Below are positions 1 through 8,313 of a DNA stretch of 64,000 nt, one piece after another. The position numbers and the translations under genes are program-made. Source of the DNA: Nitrospirota bacterium (GTDB taxonomy: Bacteria; Nitrospirota; Nitrospiria; Nitrospirales; Nitrospiraceae); assembly GCA_963701855.1 (NCBI GenBank), contig CAVPBK010000005.1, forward strand, positions 224,001 through 288,000. Reading direction: 5' to 3'. Position 1 is the stretch's first letter. The number at the start of each line of letters is the position of its first letter. Under the pieces are notes generated by a model. The model ran no database searches and was not told the DNA's origin. It saw nothing but the letters and a program-made list of their open reading frames with translations.

Positions 1-1855
1 GGGGGACGGGTATTTCAATTGTGCGGTGATCCCGGTCGTGCAGACCATGGACGAGGATCGGAAACGCCTGACGTTTTTCATAAAAGAAGGGGAGAAGGCG
101 CGTGTCAGAACGGTTATCTTTGACGGCTTGCACGCAGCGACGAAAGACGAGATGTTCAAGGTGATGTCGACGCGGGAATGGATTGCCTGGTACGGGATGA
201 TTACCCAATTGAAGTTACCGTCTTTTGTCTCGGATGCCGGCGTCTTGAAGCGGGAGGAAATGAACAACGACATCGAACGGATCAAAGAGGTCTTGCTTAA
301 CAAGGGTTACTTAAACGTCCGGGTTGGGCTGCCGACGGTGGAGCTCGACGACGCGAAGAAATGGTTCGTCGTGACATTCCCTGTGATAGAAGGGGAGCCG
401 TTCACCATCGGCGAAATCGGATTCCGCGGGAATACAGTGTTCGAAGATCCGGAGCTTCGCCAGGGGCTCAAGATGAAGGAAGGGGAGATTTTCCAGCGCC
501 AGAAACTTCGCGACGAGATTACACGGTTGAACGACCTCTACGGGGGCAGGGGCTATTCGTTTGCCGAGGTTTCGCCCAATGTGATTCCGAACACGGAGGA
601 GAAGACCGCAGCCGTTATTCTGACTATTAAGGAAGGGGAGTTGATGCGGATCCGTCAGATCAACATCCATGGAAACGAGAAGACCAAGGATAATGTGATT
701 CGTCGTGAAATCCGTCTCGATGAACAGGACGTGATCGATACCCCTGCGCTGAAGCGGAGCTTTCAGCGGCTTAACAACTTAAACTTTTTCGAGACGGTGG
801 AAATTCTTCCTGCGCAGGTAGGTCCGGATAAGGTCGATCTGAATGTCCGCGTGAAAGAAAAGCCGACCGGCCAGTTCAGTATCGGCGGCGGGTTCAGCAC
901 GTTGGATCAGTTGGTCGCAATCGCCGATATTACAGAAGGTAATATCGGCGGGAATGGCTGGATGGGGCGAATCAGAGGTCAGTTGGGACAGCAGCGGACA
1001 CTAGGGTTGATCACGTTTCGCAACCCCTATTTGAACGACTCCTTGACTTCGATGCAGGTGGACGTCTTTAAGAGCGCGACGAACTACTTCACCTACTATG
1101 AGAGAAAGACCGGGGCCAGCGTGACCTTCGGCCGGTGGTTCTCCGAGTATGTATCGGGGACTATCAGCCCGGTTGCAGAAGATATCGAATACAGCAGTCC
1201 ATCGGCCACGGCGCCGCCGATCATTTTGAATCAAATCGGGCATCAGTCAACCACGGGATTTCGGGGCACGTTGACTCGCGACTCGAGAGACTACTTTCAG
1301 GATCCCCGCACCGGTTGGCGAACTTCTGTCGCACTTGGTCTCGGCACGTCCTATCTGGGGGGCACCAACGACTTCGTTAAATACACCTTCGATGTCAACA
1401 AGTATACCCCGCTCCCGTGGGATACGCGGCTCTCGGTCCGAGCGCGCTATGGTGTTGTAGAGGGCCTCAATACCAACGGCGAGCATAAACCGGTTCCTCT
1501 TACCGAACTCTACTTCGTTGGAGGCATTAATACCATGCGCGGCTTTGTCTTCGGCAAAGCGGGACCAGTGACGGTAAATAACACGCTCCTCGGCGCGGCA
1601 AGTGAGCTGATCTTCAACTTCGATTATATTTTTACGATCTCTGCCGAAGCGAAACTCAACGGCGTAATTTTCTTCGACTATGGGAAAGGGTTCTCCGGTA
1701 GTAGCGTCTCAACCCCCTTGCGGTCGGCGGCCGGTTTGGAGGGGCGATGGGTCTCACCCTTTGGCCCACTCCGTGCTGCGTATGGGATTAATCTGGACCC
1801 CAACCCAAACGAACGCAAAGGTGTCTTTGAGTTCACGATCGGTACTGTATTCTAA
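1..1855 (+). CDS. bamA: Outer membrane protein assembly factor BamA (5' end outside window)
   Basis: POTRA-like repeats (GNEKTKDNVIRRE), beta-barrel motifs (MRGF, SPFGPLR), C-terminal Phe (FTIGTVF); upstream of skp. Confidence 0.95.
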   Translation, partial: GDGYFNCAVIPVVQTMDEDRKRLTFFIKEGEKARVRTVIFDGLHAATKDEMFKVMSTREWIAWYGMITQLKLPSFVSDAGVLKREEMNNDIERIKEVLLNKGYLNVRVGLPTVELDDAKKWFVVTFPVIEGEPFTIGEIGFRGNTVFEDPELRQGLKMKEGEIFQRQKLRDEITRLNDLYGGRGYSFAEVSPNVIPNTEEKTAAVILTIKEGELMRIRQINIHGNEKTKDNVIRREIRLDEQDVIDTPALKRSFQRLNNLNFFETVEILPAQVGPDKVDLNVRVKEKPTGQFSIGGGFSTLDQLVAIADITEGNIGGNGWMGRIRGQLGQQRTLGLITFRNPYLNDSLTSMQVDVFKSATNYFTYYERKTGASVTFGRWFSEYVSGTISPVAEDIEYSSPSATAPPIILNQIGHQSTTGFRGTLTRDSRDYFQDPRTGWRTSVALGLGTSYLGGTNDFVKYTFDVNKYTPLPWDTRLSVRARYGVVEGLNTNGEHKPVPLTELYFVGGINTMRGFVFGKAGPVTVNNTLLGAASELIFNFDYIFTISAEAKLNGVIFFDYGKGFSGSSVSTPLRSAAGLEGRWVSPFGPLRAAYGINLDPNPNERKGVFEFTIGTVF

Positions 1856-1867
1856 TCTATGCCATGA

Positions 1868-2437
1868 ATGAGAGGTAGCGATGTGATCCAGATTGATATT
1901 GTCATGCGGAGAATGTTCTGCGCAGGAGGTCTGTTGATAGCGCTCCTCGCTGTCTCAGGCTGTGCTGCCGGCGGGACCAAAATCGAAGGAAAGGTGGGAG
2001 TCGTCGATCCAGCCCGTGTCCTCAACGAGACGAGCACCGGCAAGAAGGCCAAGGATTCCTTGAGCGTATTTTCCAAGAATCGCCAGGCGCTGATCGAGAT
2101 GGATGAAAAAGAGCTGCGCCGTATGGAAGAAGATTTTGGGAGACAGGCCAGTGTGTTGAGTTCGGCTGCGAAACGGGAGCGCGAAGATCAGTTTCGACGT
2201 CGGATGGCGGAGTATCAGCAGAAAGCGGGCGAGATGAACCGGGAGGTTCAGGAAAAGCAAAAAGACGTGCTCGAAGGGTTCCGTGAGAAGGTGGGACTCA
2301 TCGTGGGGAAAGTAGCGAAGCGCCTCGGGTTACAGGTCGTCATAGATAAGGGGAAAGGCGGTCCCACGTTATATAGCGAGGAGGAGCTTGATATCACAGG
2401 TCAGGTCATCGATGAATTTAATCGGGAATATCCCTAG
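1868..2437 (+). CDS. skp: OmpH/Skp periplasmic chaperone (start uncertain, possible lipoprotein signal)
   Basis: KVGVVD motif, long coiled coil, DIT..VI end; follows bamA. Confidence 0.85.
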   Translation: MRGSDVIQIDIVMRRMFCAGGLLIALLAVSGCAAGGTKIEGKVGVVDPARVLNETSTGKKAKDSLSVFSKNRQALIEMDEKELRRMEEDFGRQASVLSSAAKREREDQFRRRMAEYQQKAGEMNREVQEKQKDVLEGFREKVGLIVGKVAKRLGLQVVIDKGKGGPTLYSEEELDITGQVIDEFNREYP

Positions 2438-2438
2438 C

Positions 2439-2560
2439 CTGGTCTGTCTGGTTTCTCTGGTCTATCTGGTTTGTTTTGTCGCTTGATCCGGAGAACCCAG
2501 ATACACAAGACAGACCAGACAGACGAGTAGACCAGACAGACCGAATTGACCGAATGAACA
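2439..2560. repeat. Inverted nonamer-array hairpin (CTGGTCTRT family), empty
   Basis: CTGGTCTGT-CTGGTTTCT-CTGGTCTAT-CTGGTTTGT at 2439-2474; reverse-complement-type CCAGAYAGA units at 2497-2560. Confidence 0.85.
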
Positions 2561-2566
2561 AGCCCA

Positions 2567-2595
2567 GCTGGGGGGATTTTTCAGCATCCTGCTAG
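2567..2595. repeat. Solo end of the TIR-bounded MITE family seen at 3691
   Basis: GCTGGGGGGATTTTTCAGCATCCTG resembles GCTGGCGGACTTTTTCAGCATTCTG at 3790-3814. Confidence 0.65.
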
Positions 2596-2629
2596 GATAT
2601 GGTGCTTGTGAGAAGCAGAGGAGGATTCG

Positions 2630-3166
2630 ATGGAACGAGCAGGGGTGACTAGTCTGATTGGTGCAGTGACATTATGGCTGGCGATGGTGTCGCCGGGGTT
2701 GTCGGCTGAAACCTTCCAGGTTGCGGTGATGGACCAACAAGTGGTCATCGCGCAGTCGAAGGCCGGCAAGCGGGCTTTGGAAGAACTCAAGGCCTACTCT
2801 GTAACTAGGCAAAAGATCATCAATGCCGACGATCAAGAACTGAAAGACTTGCAACAGGCGATTCAAGATGGGAAGTCGACTGACAGTGTAAAGCAAGAGA
2901 AGCAAGGTCAGTTTCAGGCCAAGTTGGATGCCTATCAACGCCGCCTTACTGACTTCAATCGCGAGATTCAACAGAAGCAGCGTGAAATGGTGGCGGAATA
3001 CTCGAAGAAGGTGCAGGCGGCCGCGCAAGCTGTGGGAGAAAAGAACGGGTATGCTGCGGTCATCGACAAGGGAAGCGAGGCGGCGATCAAGATCGTGCTC
3101 TATCATCAGCCCGCGTTGGATGTGACCGATCAAGTGGTGAAGGAGTTCGATCGACAAAATAAGTAG
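2630..3166 (+). CDS. skp: Second OmpH/Skp chaperone paralogue
   Basis: Signal peptide, VAVMDQQ, coiled coil, LDVTDQVVKEFD end. Confidence 0.85.
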   Translation: MERAGVTSLIGAVTLWLAMVSPGLSAETFQVAVMDQQVVIAQSKAGKRALEELKAYSVTRQKIINADDQELKDLQQAIQDGKSTDSVKQEKQGQFQAKLDAYQRRLTDFNREIQQKQREMVAEYSKKVQAAAQAVGEKNGYAAVIDKGSEAAIKIVLYHQPALDVTDQVVKEFDRQNK

Positions 3167-3690
3167 CGAGGAGGGGATGGAGCTTGATGCGCTTCTGTGC
3201 TCGCGCAACGCGCGGTCTCAGAAGGGTGGATAGGGAGCCGCCAGACCATCCTTCTTGCTCGCAGAACGCGTACGATGAAACGCTGCTCGTCCGATGCGCG
3301 CAGTGAAGGACAGTCCGGCGACTCCCTTGGGCGAGAAGGTGTGATGGTGCAAAGAAGGAAACAAGAGGCCCTCGCCCTGGGATAATGGCACGTCTCGGCG
3401 TGCCATTGGGTGGGCGGGTGAGAAAGTTGCGTGCCGTGGAAGATCAATCAGCTCCCATCCCTAAGAGAGAACGAGCAAGCTTGGAAGGACTATTGGACGT
3501 GCGCAGTAGGGGGCCAAACCAGACCGCTCCCGCAGAAGTAAAGCGAGCTTGGAGGGAGCGTTCGTAGTGTCGCCGCAACCTTAGAATGTACCTAATTGCC
3601 GATTGGCCTATAGTATTTTGTGAAGCACGTAGTTTATACACGAAACACCGTTAAAACTTTACATACATAATGGTGTCGATGTCACTGAGC

Positions 3691-3816
3691 ATCAGAATGC
3701 TCAAAGAGGCCGTCCAGCAAGGCCGCAGCGAGCGAAGAGGCCAGGCGTACGCTTCGGTACGTTGAACCTCTGAGCGATGCGAGAACGATGCTGGCGGACT
3801 TTTTCAGCATTCTGAT
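3691..3816. mobile_element. 126-bp MITE-like element with about 27-bp imperfect terminal inverted repeats
   Basis: ATCAGAATGCTCAAAGAGGCCGTCCAGC ... GCTGGCGGACTTTTTCAGCATTCTGAT; related ends at 2567 and 52847. Confidence 0.7.
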
Positions 3817-3832
3817 AGAGGAGGTTCTGCCG

Positions 3833-4291
3833 ATGTCCGTCATGGAGCAAGCTGAAATTCAGTCCATTCTGCCTCACCGGTATCCCTTTCTCCTGGTCGA
3901 TCGAGTGCAGGAGCTGGTTCCCGATCGGCGGATCGTAGGAGTCAAGAACGTGACGATCAATGAACCCTTCTTTCAAGGGCATTTTCCCGGGCGCCCTGTC
4001 ATGCCGGGGGTGTTGATTCTCGAAGCCATGTCTCAAGTCGGTGCGATTCTGGCGTTTAAGTCGCTAGGGAACGCAACACGTCCAGTGGTCTACCTGACCG
4101 GTGTCGATGGCGCGAAGTTCCGAAAACCGGTCGTGCCAGGCGATCGGCTGCGGTTTGAAATCGATGTCGTCAAGAAGCGGGCACCGTTCTGGAAGATGCA
4201 GGGCAAGGCGTTTGTCGAGGAAGACCTTGTCTGTGAAGCCGTAGTGACTGCGATGGTAACCGAGGAGAAAGACGTGAAGCGTGAAGCGTGA
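3833..4291 (+). CDS. fabZ: 3-hydroxyacyl-ACP dehydratase
   Basis: LPHRYPFLLVD and FFQGHFPGRPVMPGVL motifs; GAGGAGG RBS before ATG 3833. Confidence 0.97.
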   Translation: MSVMEQAEIQSILPHRYPFLLVDRVQELVPDRRIVGVKNVTINEPFFQGHFPGRPVMPGVLILEAMSQVGAILAFKSLGNATRPVVYLTGVDGAKFRKPVVPGDRLRFEIDVVKKRAPFWKMQGKAFVEEDLVCEAVVTAMVTEEKDVKREA

Positions 4292-4361
4292 AACGAAAAG
4301 AAATGTGGTCGGCATCCGTATGTGCGGTTCACGAATAACGATTCACAATGTGCGTCTCACT
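4273..4361. repeat. Inverted heptamer-array hairpin (CGTGAAA family), empty
   Basis: CGTGAAG-CGTGAAG-CGTGAAA-CGAAAAG (contains fabZ stop), then GTTCACG-AATAACG-ATTCACA-ATGTGCG-TCTCACT. Confidence 0.75.
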
Positions 4362-4372
4362 GGAGGTTCAGA

Positions 4373-5179
4373 GTGCAGATTCATTCATCAGCGATAGTTC
4401 ATCCTAAGGCGTGTCTTGCCGATGATGTGGAGGTCGGGCCGTTCTGCTTGATCGGTGAGCATGTCACGATTGGAACGGGAACCAGATTGTTGTCTCATGT
4501 GACGGTCGACGGATGGACGGAGATTGGCGAGCGGAATGAGGTGCATCCATTTGTCTCGATCGGCGGACCGCCTCAGCACCTCGGATATAAGGGGGAACCG
4601 ACCAAGGTCATCATCGGCCATGATAATATCCTTCGCGAGTATGTCACGGTCAACCGCGCGACGGTACAAGGCGGTGGGGTGACATCGCTCGGGTCAAAGA
4701 ATTTTCTGATGGCGTATGTTCATGTGGCGCACGATTGCCGGCTCGGCAACTATCTCATCATGGCCAATGCCGCCAGTTTAGCCGGCCACATTGCCATCGG
4801 TGACCATGCCATCATCGGGGGACTGACCGGTATCCATCAACATGTGCGGGTCGGGGCGTATTCCATGGTCGGCGGCTGTTGTGCCCTCGGGCAGGACCTC
4901 CCGCCGTTCATGCGGGCTGCGGGTGGCTATCGTGCGCGGATGTATGGTCTCAACTCGGTGGGGTTGCGCCGACAGGGATTTTCGACCGATCGGATTTCGG
5001 TACTGAAGCGGGCCTATGAAATGCTCTTCCGATCGGGGCATCGAACCGGTGAAGCAGCCAGGCTTGCCAAGGCTGAGTTCGGAGATCAACCTGACGTCAT
5101 GGCGATTGTGAGTTTCCTGGAGGGGACGAAGCGTGGCATCTGCCGATCGGTCGGCAAAGATCAAGAGGATGAGGAGTAA
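4373..5179 (+). CDS. lpxA: Acyl-ACP--UDP-N-acetylglucosamine acyltransferase
   Basis: Hexapeptide repeats, HVAHDC, GLNSVGLRR; GTG start after GGAGG. Confidence 0.95.
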   Translation: MQIHSSAIVHPKACLADDVEVGPFCLIGEHVTIGTGTRLLSHVTVDGWTEIGERNEVHPFVSIGGPPQHLGYKGEPTKVIIGHDNILREYVTVNRATVQGGGVTSLGSKNFLMAYVHVAHDCRLGNYLIMANAASLAGHIAIGDHAIIGGLTGIHQHVRVGAYSMVGGCCALGQDLPPFMRAAGGYRARMYGLNSVGLRRQGFSTDRISVLKRAYEMLFRSGHRTGEAARLAKAEFGDQPDVMAIVSFLEGTKRGICRSVGKDQEDEE

Positions 5180-5184
5180 GCACC

Positions 5185-6042
5185 ATGGCATCGCCACCTC
5201 ACGTCACCAATGGTGAGCGGATTGGGCTCATTGCCGGCAACGGCCGGTTCCCGATCATCTTCGCGGATAATGCCAGGAAGCTCGGCTATCACGTGTCGGC
5301 TGTGGCGCATGAAGGTGAGACGGAACCGGAGTTGGCCGGCCATGTGGATCGGATCCATTGGATCAAGATTGGCCAGCTCAACAAGCTGATCAAGGCGTTT
5401 AAGGAAGACAAAGTCCACCAGGCCGTTATGCTGGGCGGAATCAAGAAGACCCATGTCTTTACCACCGTGCGGCCTGATTTTCGCACATTGGCGATGGCGA
5501 CACGTTTGGCGCTATGGAAAGACGACGACATTCTGCGCGAATTCGCGAAGGAGCTTGAGCGGGAAGGTATTGCCATCTGTGAATCGACTTTTGGGCTCGA
5601 GGGGATTCTTGTGGAAGAAGGGACGTTAACCGCGCGGGCTCCATCGGAGAAAGAGTGGGAGGACATCCGTTACGGGTGGGATGTGGCGCATGAGATTGGG
5701 CGTCTCGATATTGGGCAGTGTGTCGTGATCAAAGATCGCGTGGTCGTGGCCGTCGAGGCGGTCGAAGGTACCGACGGAGCCATCAAGCGCGGTGGCGATT
5801 TGGCCAAGGAGGGCGCGGTTGTGGTCAAGCGATCGAAGCCGCAGCAGGACATGCGGTTCGACCTCCCGGCTGTGGGACCTCGGACCATCGAAGTGATGGC
5901 ATCAGTCAAGGCCTCGGTGTTGGCGATCGAAGCCGGCCGAACCATCCTATTGGATCGCGAAATCATGTTGGAGAAGGCCAAGTCTGCCCGCATTGCCATT
6001 GTCGGGATCAAGCAGGAGCAAGGGGTGAATAGTGACGCGTGA
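5185..6042 (+). CDS. lpxI: UDP-2,3-diacylglucosamine diphosphatase LpxI
   Basis: IGLIAGNGRFP, DIGQCVV, EAVEGTD, KPQQDMRFDLPAVG motifs. Confidence 0.93.
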   Translation: MASPPHVTNGERIGLIAGNGRFPIIFADNARKLGYHVSAVAHEGETEPELAGHVDRIHWIKIGQLNKLIKAFKEDKVHQAVMLGGIKKTHVFTTVRPDFRTLAMATRLALWKDDDILREFAKELEREGIAICESTFGLEGILVEEGTLTARAPSEKEWEDIRYGWDVAHEIGRLDIGQCVVIKDRVVVAVEAVEGTDGAIKRGGDLAKEGAVVVKRSKPQQDMRFDLPAVGPRTIEVMASVKASVLAIEAGRTILLDREIMLEKAKSARIAIVGIKQEQGVNSDA

Positions 6043-6104
6043 TGAGTTTCTGACAAAGAAGCGCGCCGGTGCGCCTGTTCTCCTCCCATCGTCTCATCAC
6101 TCTC
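6022..6104. repeat. Degenerate inverted heptamer hairpin (NNNGTGA)
   Basis: GGGGTGA-ATAGTGA-CGCGTGA (lpxI stop); GTGATGAG 6039-6046 pairs with CTCATCAC 6093-6100. Confidence 0.5.
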
Positions 6105-6114
6105 GGGTTATCCT

Positions 6115-7104
6115 ATGAAGCCTGTCCGTGCCGGCGTCATCGGCGTCGGACATCTCGGGCAGCACCATGCGCGTCTCTATGCCGCCTTGCCGGGGGCGCA
6201 GCTCATCGGCGTGGTGGATCAGTCGATCGAGCGAGCGCGGACGGTCGCAGATCGACATGGCGCGCGCGTCTTTCGTACGACCGATGAGTTGTTGCCGCAC
6301 GTTGATGTCGTCAGCGTAGCGGTGCCCACGTCAGACCACTATGCCGTTGCAAAAATCTGTCTGCTGGCGGGCAAGCATGTGTTGGTCGAAAAGCCGATTG
6401 CCGTGACGCCGGCAGAGGCGCAGGAGTTGGTGCAGTTGGCCAAGCAGCAGGGCTGTTGTGTACAGGTGGGGCACAGTGAACGGTTCAATCCGGTGATGGC
6501 GTTGATGCGTCCTCATATCGGGCAACCTGTGTTCATCGAATGTCACCGTCTCAGCAGTTTCAGTGAACGGGGGACGGACGTGGATGTGGTGTTGGACCTG
6601 ATGATTCACGATATAGATCTTGTGCTGTCCTTGAATCCCGGTCCCGTTGAAGAGGTGCGCGCCGCGGGGGTATCGGTATTGTCTCCCTCGATCGATATTG
6701 CCAATGCCCGCATTCAGTTTCGAAGCGGCTGTGTGGCTAACCTGACCTCCAGTCGTGTGTCGATGAATAAGATGCGTCGGCTGCGCCTTTTTCAGCGAGA
6801 CAATTATCTGTCGATCGATTTTCAGACCAGGCAAGGGATGATTTGCCGACGCAACGCTAAGGCAGGGGAACGGCCAGCTGTCGAAGTTGAGCAGTTTCAG
6901 GGTGGAGATGAAGAACCGTTGAAGCTCCAACTTGCATCGTTTCTTCACGCCATCGGCACGAGCACGAGGCCGGTGGTATCGGGCGAAGATGGCGCGGCGG
7001 CAGTAGGTGTAGCGTATCAAGTCTTGCAGGCCATTGCGGCCTTTGCAGCTCGCCATGAAGAAGGGGGTAGCAGGGATACGGAGGTGGCGGGGCAGGAGGG
7101 ATAA
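6115..7104 (+). CDS. Gfo/Idh/MocA oxidoreductase, GnnA-like
   Basis: GVGHLG Rossmann motif, VEKP, DLMIHDID; located between lpxI and lpxB. Confidence 0.8.
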   Translation: MKPVRAGVIGVGHLGQHHARLYAALPGAQLIGVVDQSIERARTVADRHGARVFRTTDELLPHVDVVSVAVPTSDHYAVAKICLLAGKHVLVEKPIAVTPAEAQELVQLAKQQGCCVQVGHSERFNPVMALMRPHIGQPVFIECHRLSSFSERGTDVDVVLDLMIHDIDLVLSLNPGPVEEVRAAGVSVLSPSIDIANARIQFRSGCVANLTSSRVSMNKMRRLRLFQRDNYLSIDFQTRQGMICRRNAKAGERPAVEVEQFQGGDEEPLKLQLASFLHAIGTSTRPVVSGEDGAAAVGVAYQVLQAIAAFAARHEEGGSRDTEVAGQEG

Positions 7105-7180
7105 AAAAGGGGTAACGGGATAAAAGGCGCAGGCTGTTCCCCCGACCACGTTTTTCCCCTACCCCATTACCTCGTCCCCG
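7063..7180. repeat. Degenerate inverted GGGGTAA/TTACCCC array hairpin
   Basis: G-rich units GGGGTAG, GGGATAA, GGGGTAAC, GGGATAAA around the stop; C-rich CTACCCCA-TTACCTCG-TCCCCG before lpxB ATG. Confidence 0.45.
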
Positions 7181-7185
7181 AAGCC

Positions 7186-8313
7186 ATGAGGATTCTGATC
7201 GTAACAGGCGAAGCCTCGGGTGATCTCCACGGGGCTCATTTAGCCAAGGCGATCTTGGCACTCGATCCGATGGCCCAGCTGGTCGGTATTGGTGGATCTG
7301 GGATGCGGGCTGCTGGTGTCAGCCTTGTGCCGGGTGTCCCACAGCTGGATGTCATGGGATTGATCGGGCTGTCTGCGATCCGAGCCATGATCCAGCGCGT
7401 GCGCGCCATCCGGCGGGTGCTGAAGGCAGAGGCCTGGGATCTTGTCGTGCTGATCGATAACCCAGGGCTGAACTTTCATTTTGCCCGGGTGGCCAAAGCT
7501 GCCGGCCGACGCGTGCTCTACTACATTGCCCCTCAAGTGTGGGCCTGGCGGCCGGGGCGCATGAAGTGGATTCAGCGCCGGGTCGATCATGTCGTCGTCA
7601 TCCTCCCATTCGAACCGGAGCTCTATCGACGGGCAGGAGTTCGGTGCACGTTTGTCGGCCATCCACTACTTGATTCGGTAGCGCCGCAGTATGATCGTGC
7701 GACGCTTCGGAAGGAGTTCGGCTTTGATGACTCTGCCCGCGTGGTTGGATTGTTGCCGGGAAGTCGAAGGAGCGAAGTCGAAATGCTCCTGCCGGTACTC
7801 CTCAAGGCGGCAGCTCAATTGGTCGCGGCCGAGCCGGGAACGCATTTTATCCTGGCGCAGGCCTCCTCAATTGACGATAATCTGATCCAGGCATTGCTCC
7901 AGCACAGCCCTGTGCCGGTTCAAGTGGCGCATGACCGAGCCAGTGAGGTGATGGCCCTGTCCGATGTGTTGTTCATTGCGTCAGGGACCGCGACCTTGCA
8001 GGCGGCGGTGGTGGGGACTCCCATGGTGCTGCTCTACAAGACGTCGCCGTTGACCTATCGGCTTGCGCGTTGGCTGATCAATGTCAAATGGATCGGGCTT
8101 GTGAATTTGGTGGCTGGTCGATCGATCGTGCCGGAGATCATTCAAGATGAGGCGACGGACGAGCGGTTGTGCCAGGAAGTCTTGCACCTCTTGCGCGATC
8201 CGTCGGCGTATAATGACATGAAAGAAGGACTACGGCAGGTTCGGCAATCGTTGGGAGAACCAGGCGCATCCCGCCGGGCCGCGCAGGTGGTATTGTCTGA
8301 ATGTCGACTCTAG
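7186..8313 (+). CDS. lpxB: Lipid-A-disaccharide synthase
   Basis: GEASGDLHG, PQVWAWR, VGHPL, LLPGSRRSE, SGTATL motifs. Confidence 0.96.
   Translation: MRILIVTGEASGDLHGAHLAKAILALDPMAQLVGIGGSGMRAAGVSLVPGVPQLDVMGLIGLSAIRAMIQRVRAIRRVLKAEAWDLVVLIDNPGLNFHFARVAKAAGRRVLYYIAPQVWAWRPGRMKWIQRRVDHVVVILPFEPELYRRAGVRCTFVGHPLLDSVAPQYDRATLRKEFGFDDSARVVGLLPGSRRSEVEMLLPVLLKAAAQLVAAEPGTHFILAQASSIDDNLIQALLQHSPVPVQVAHDRASEVMALSDVLFIASGTATLQAAVVGTPMVLLYKTSPLTYRLARWLINVKWIGLVNLVAGRSIVPEIIQDEATDERLCQEVLHLLRDPSAYNDMKEGLRQVRQSLGEPGASRRAAQVVLSECRL

Noticed and set aside
3197..3641. Short ORFs in the skp-fabZ spacer
   Set aside because: No motifs, and they overlap repeat-like DNA.
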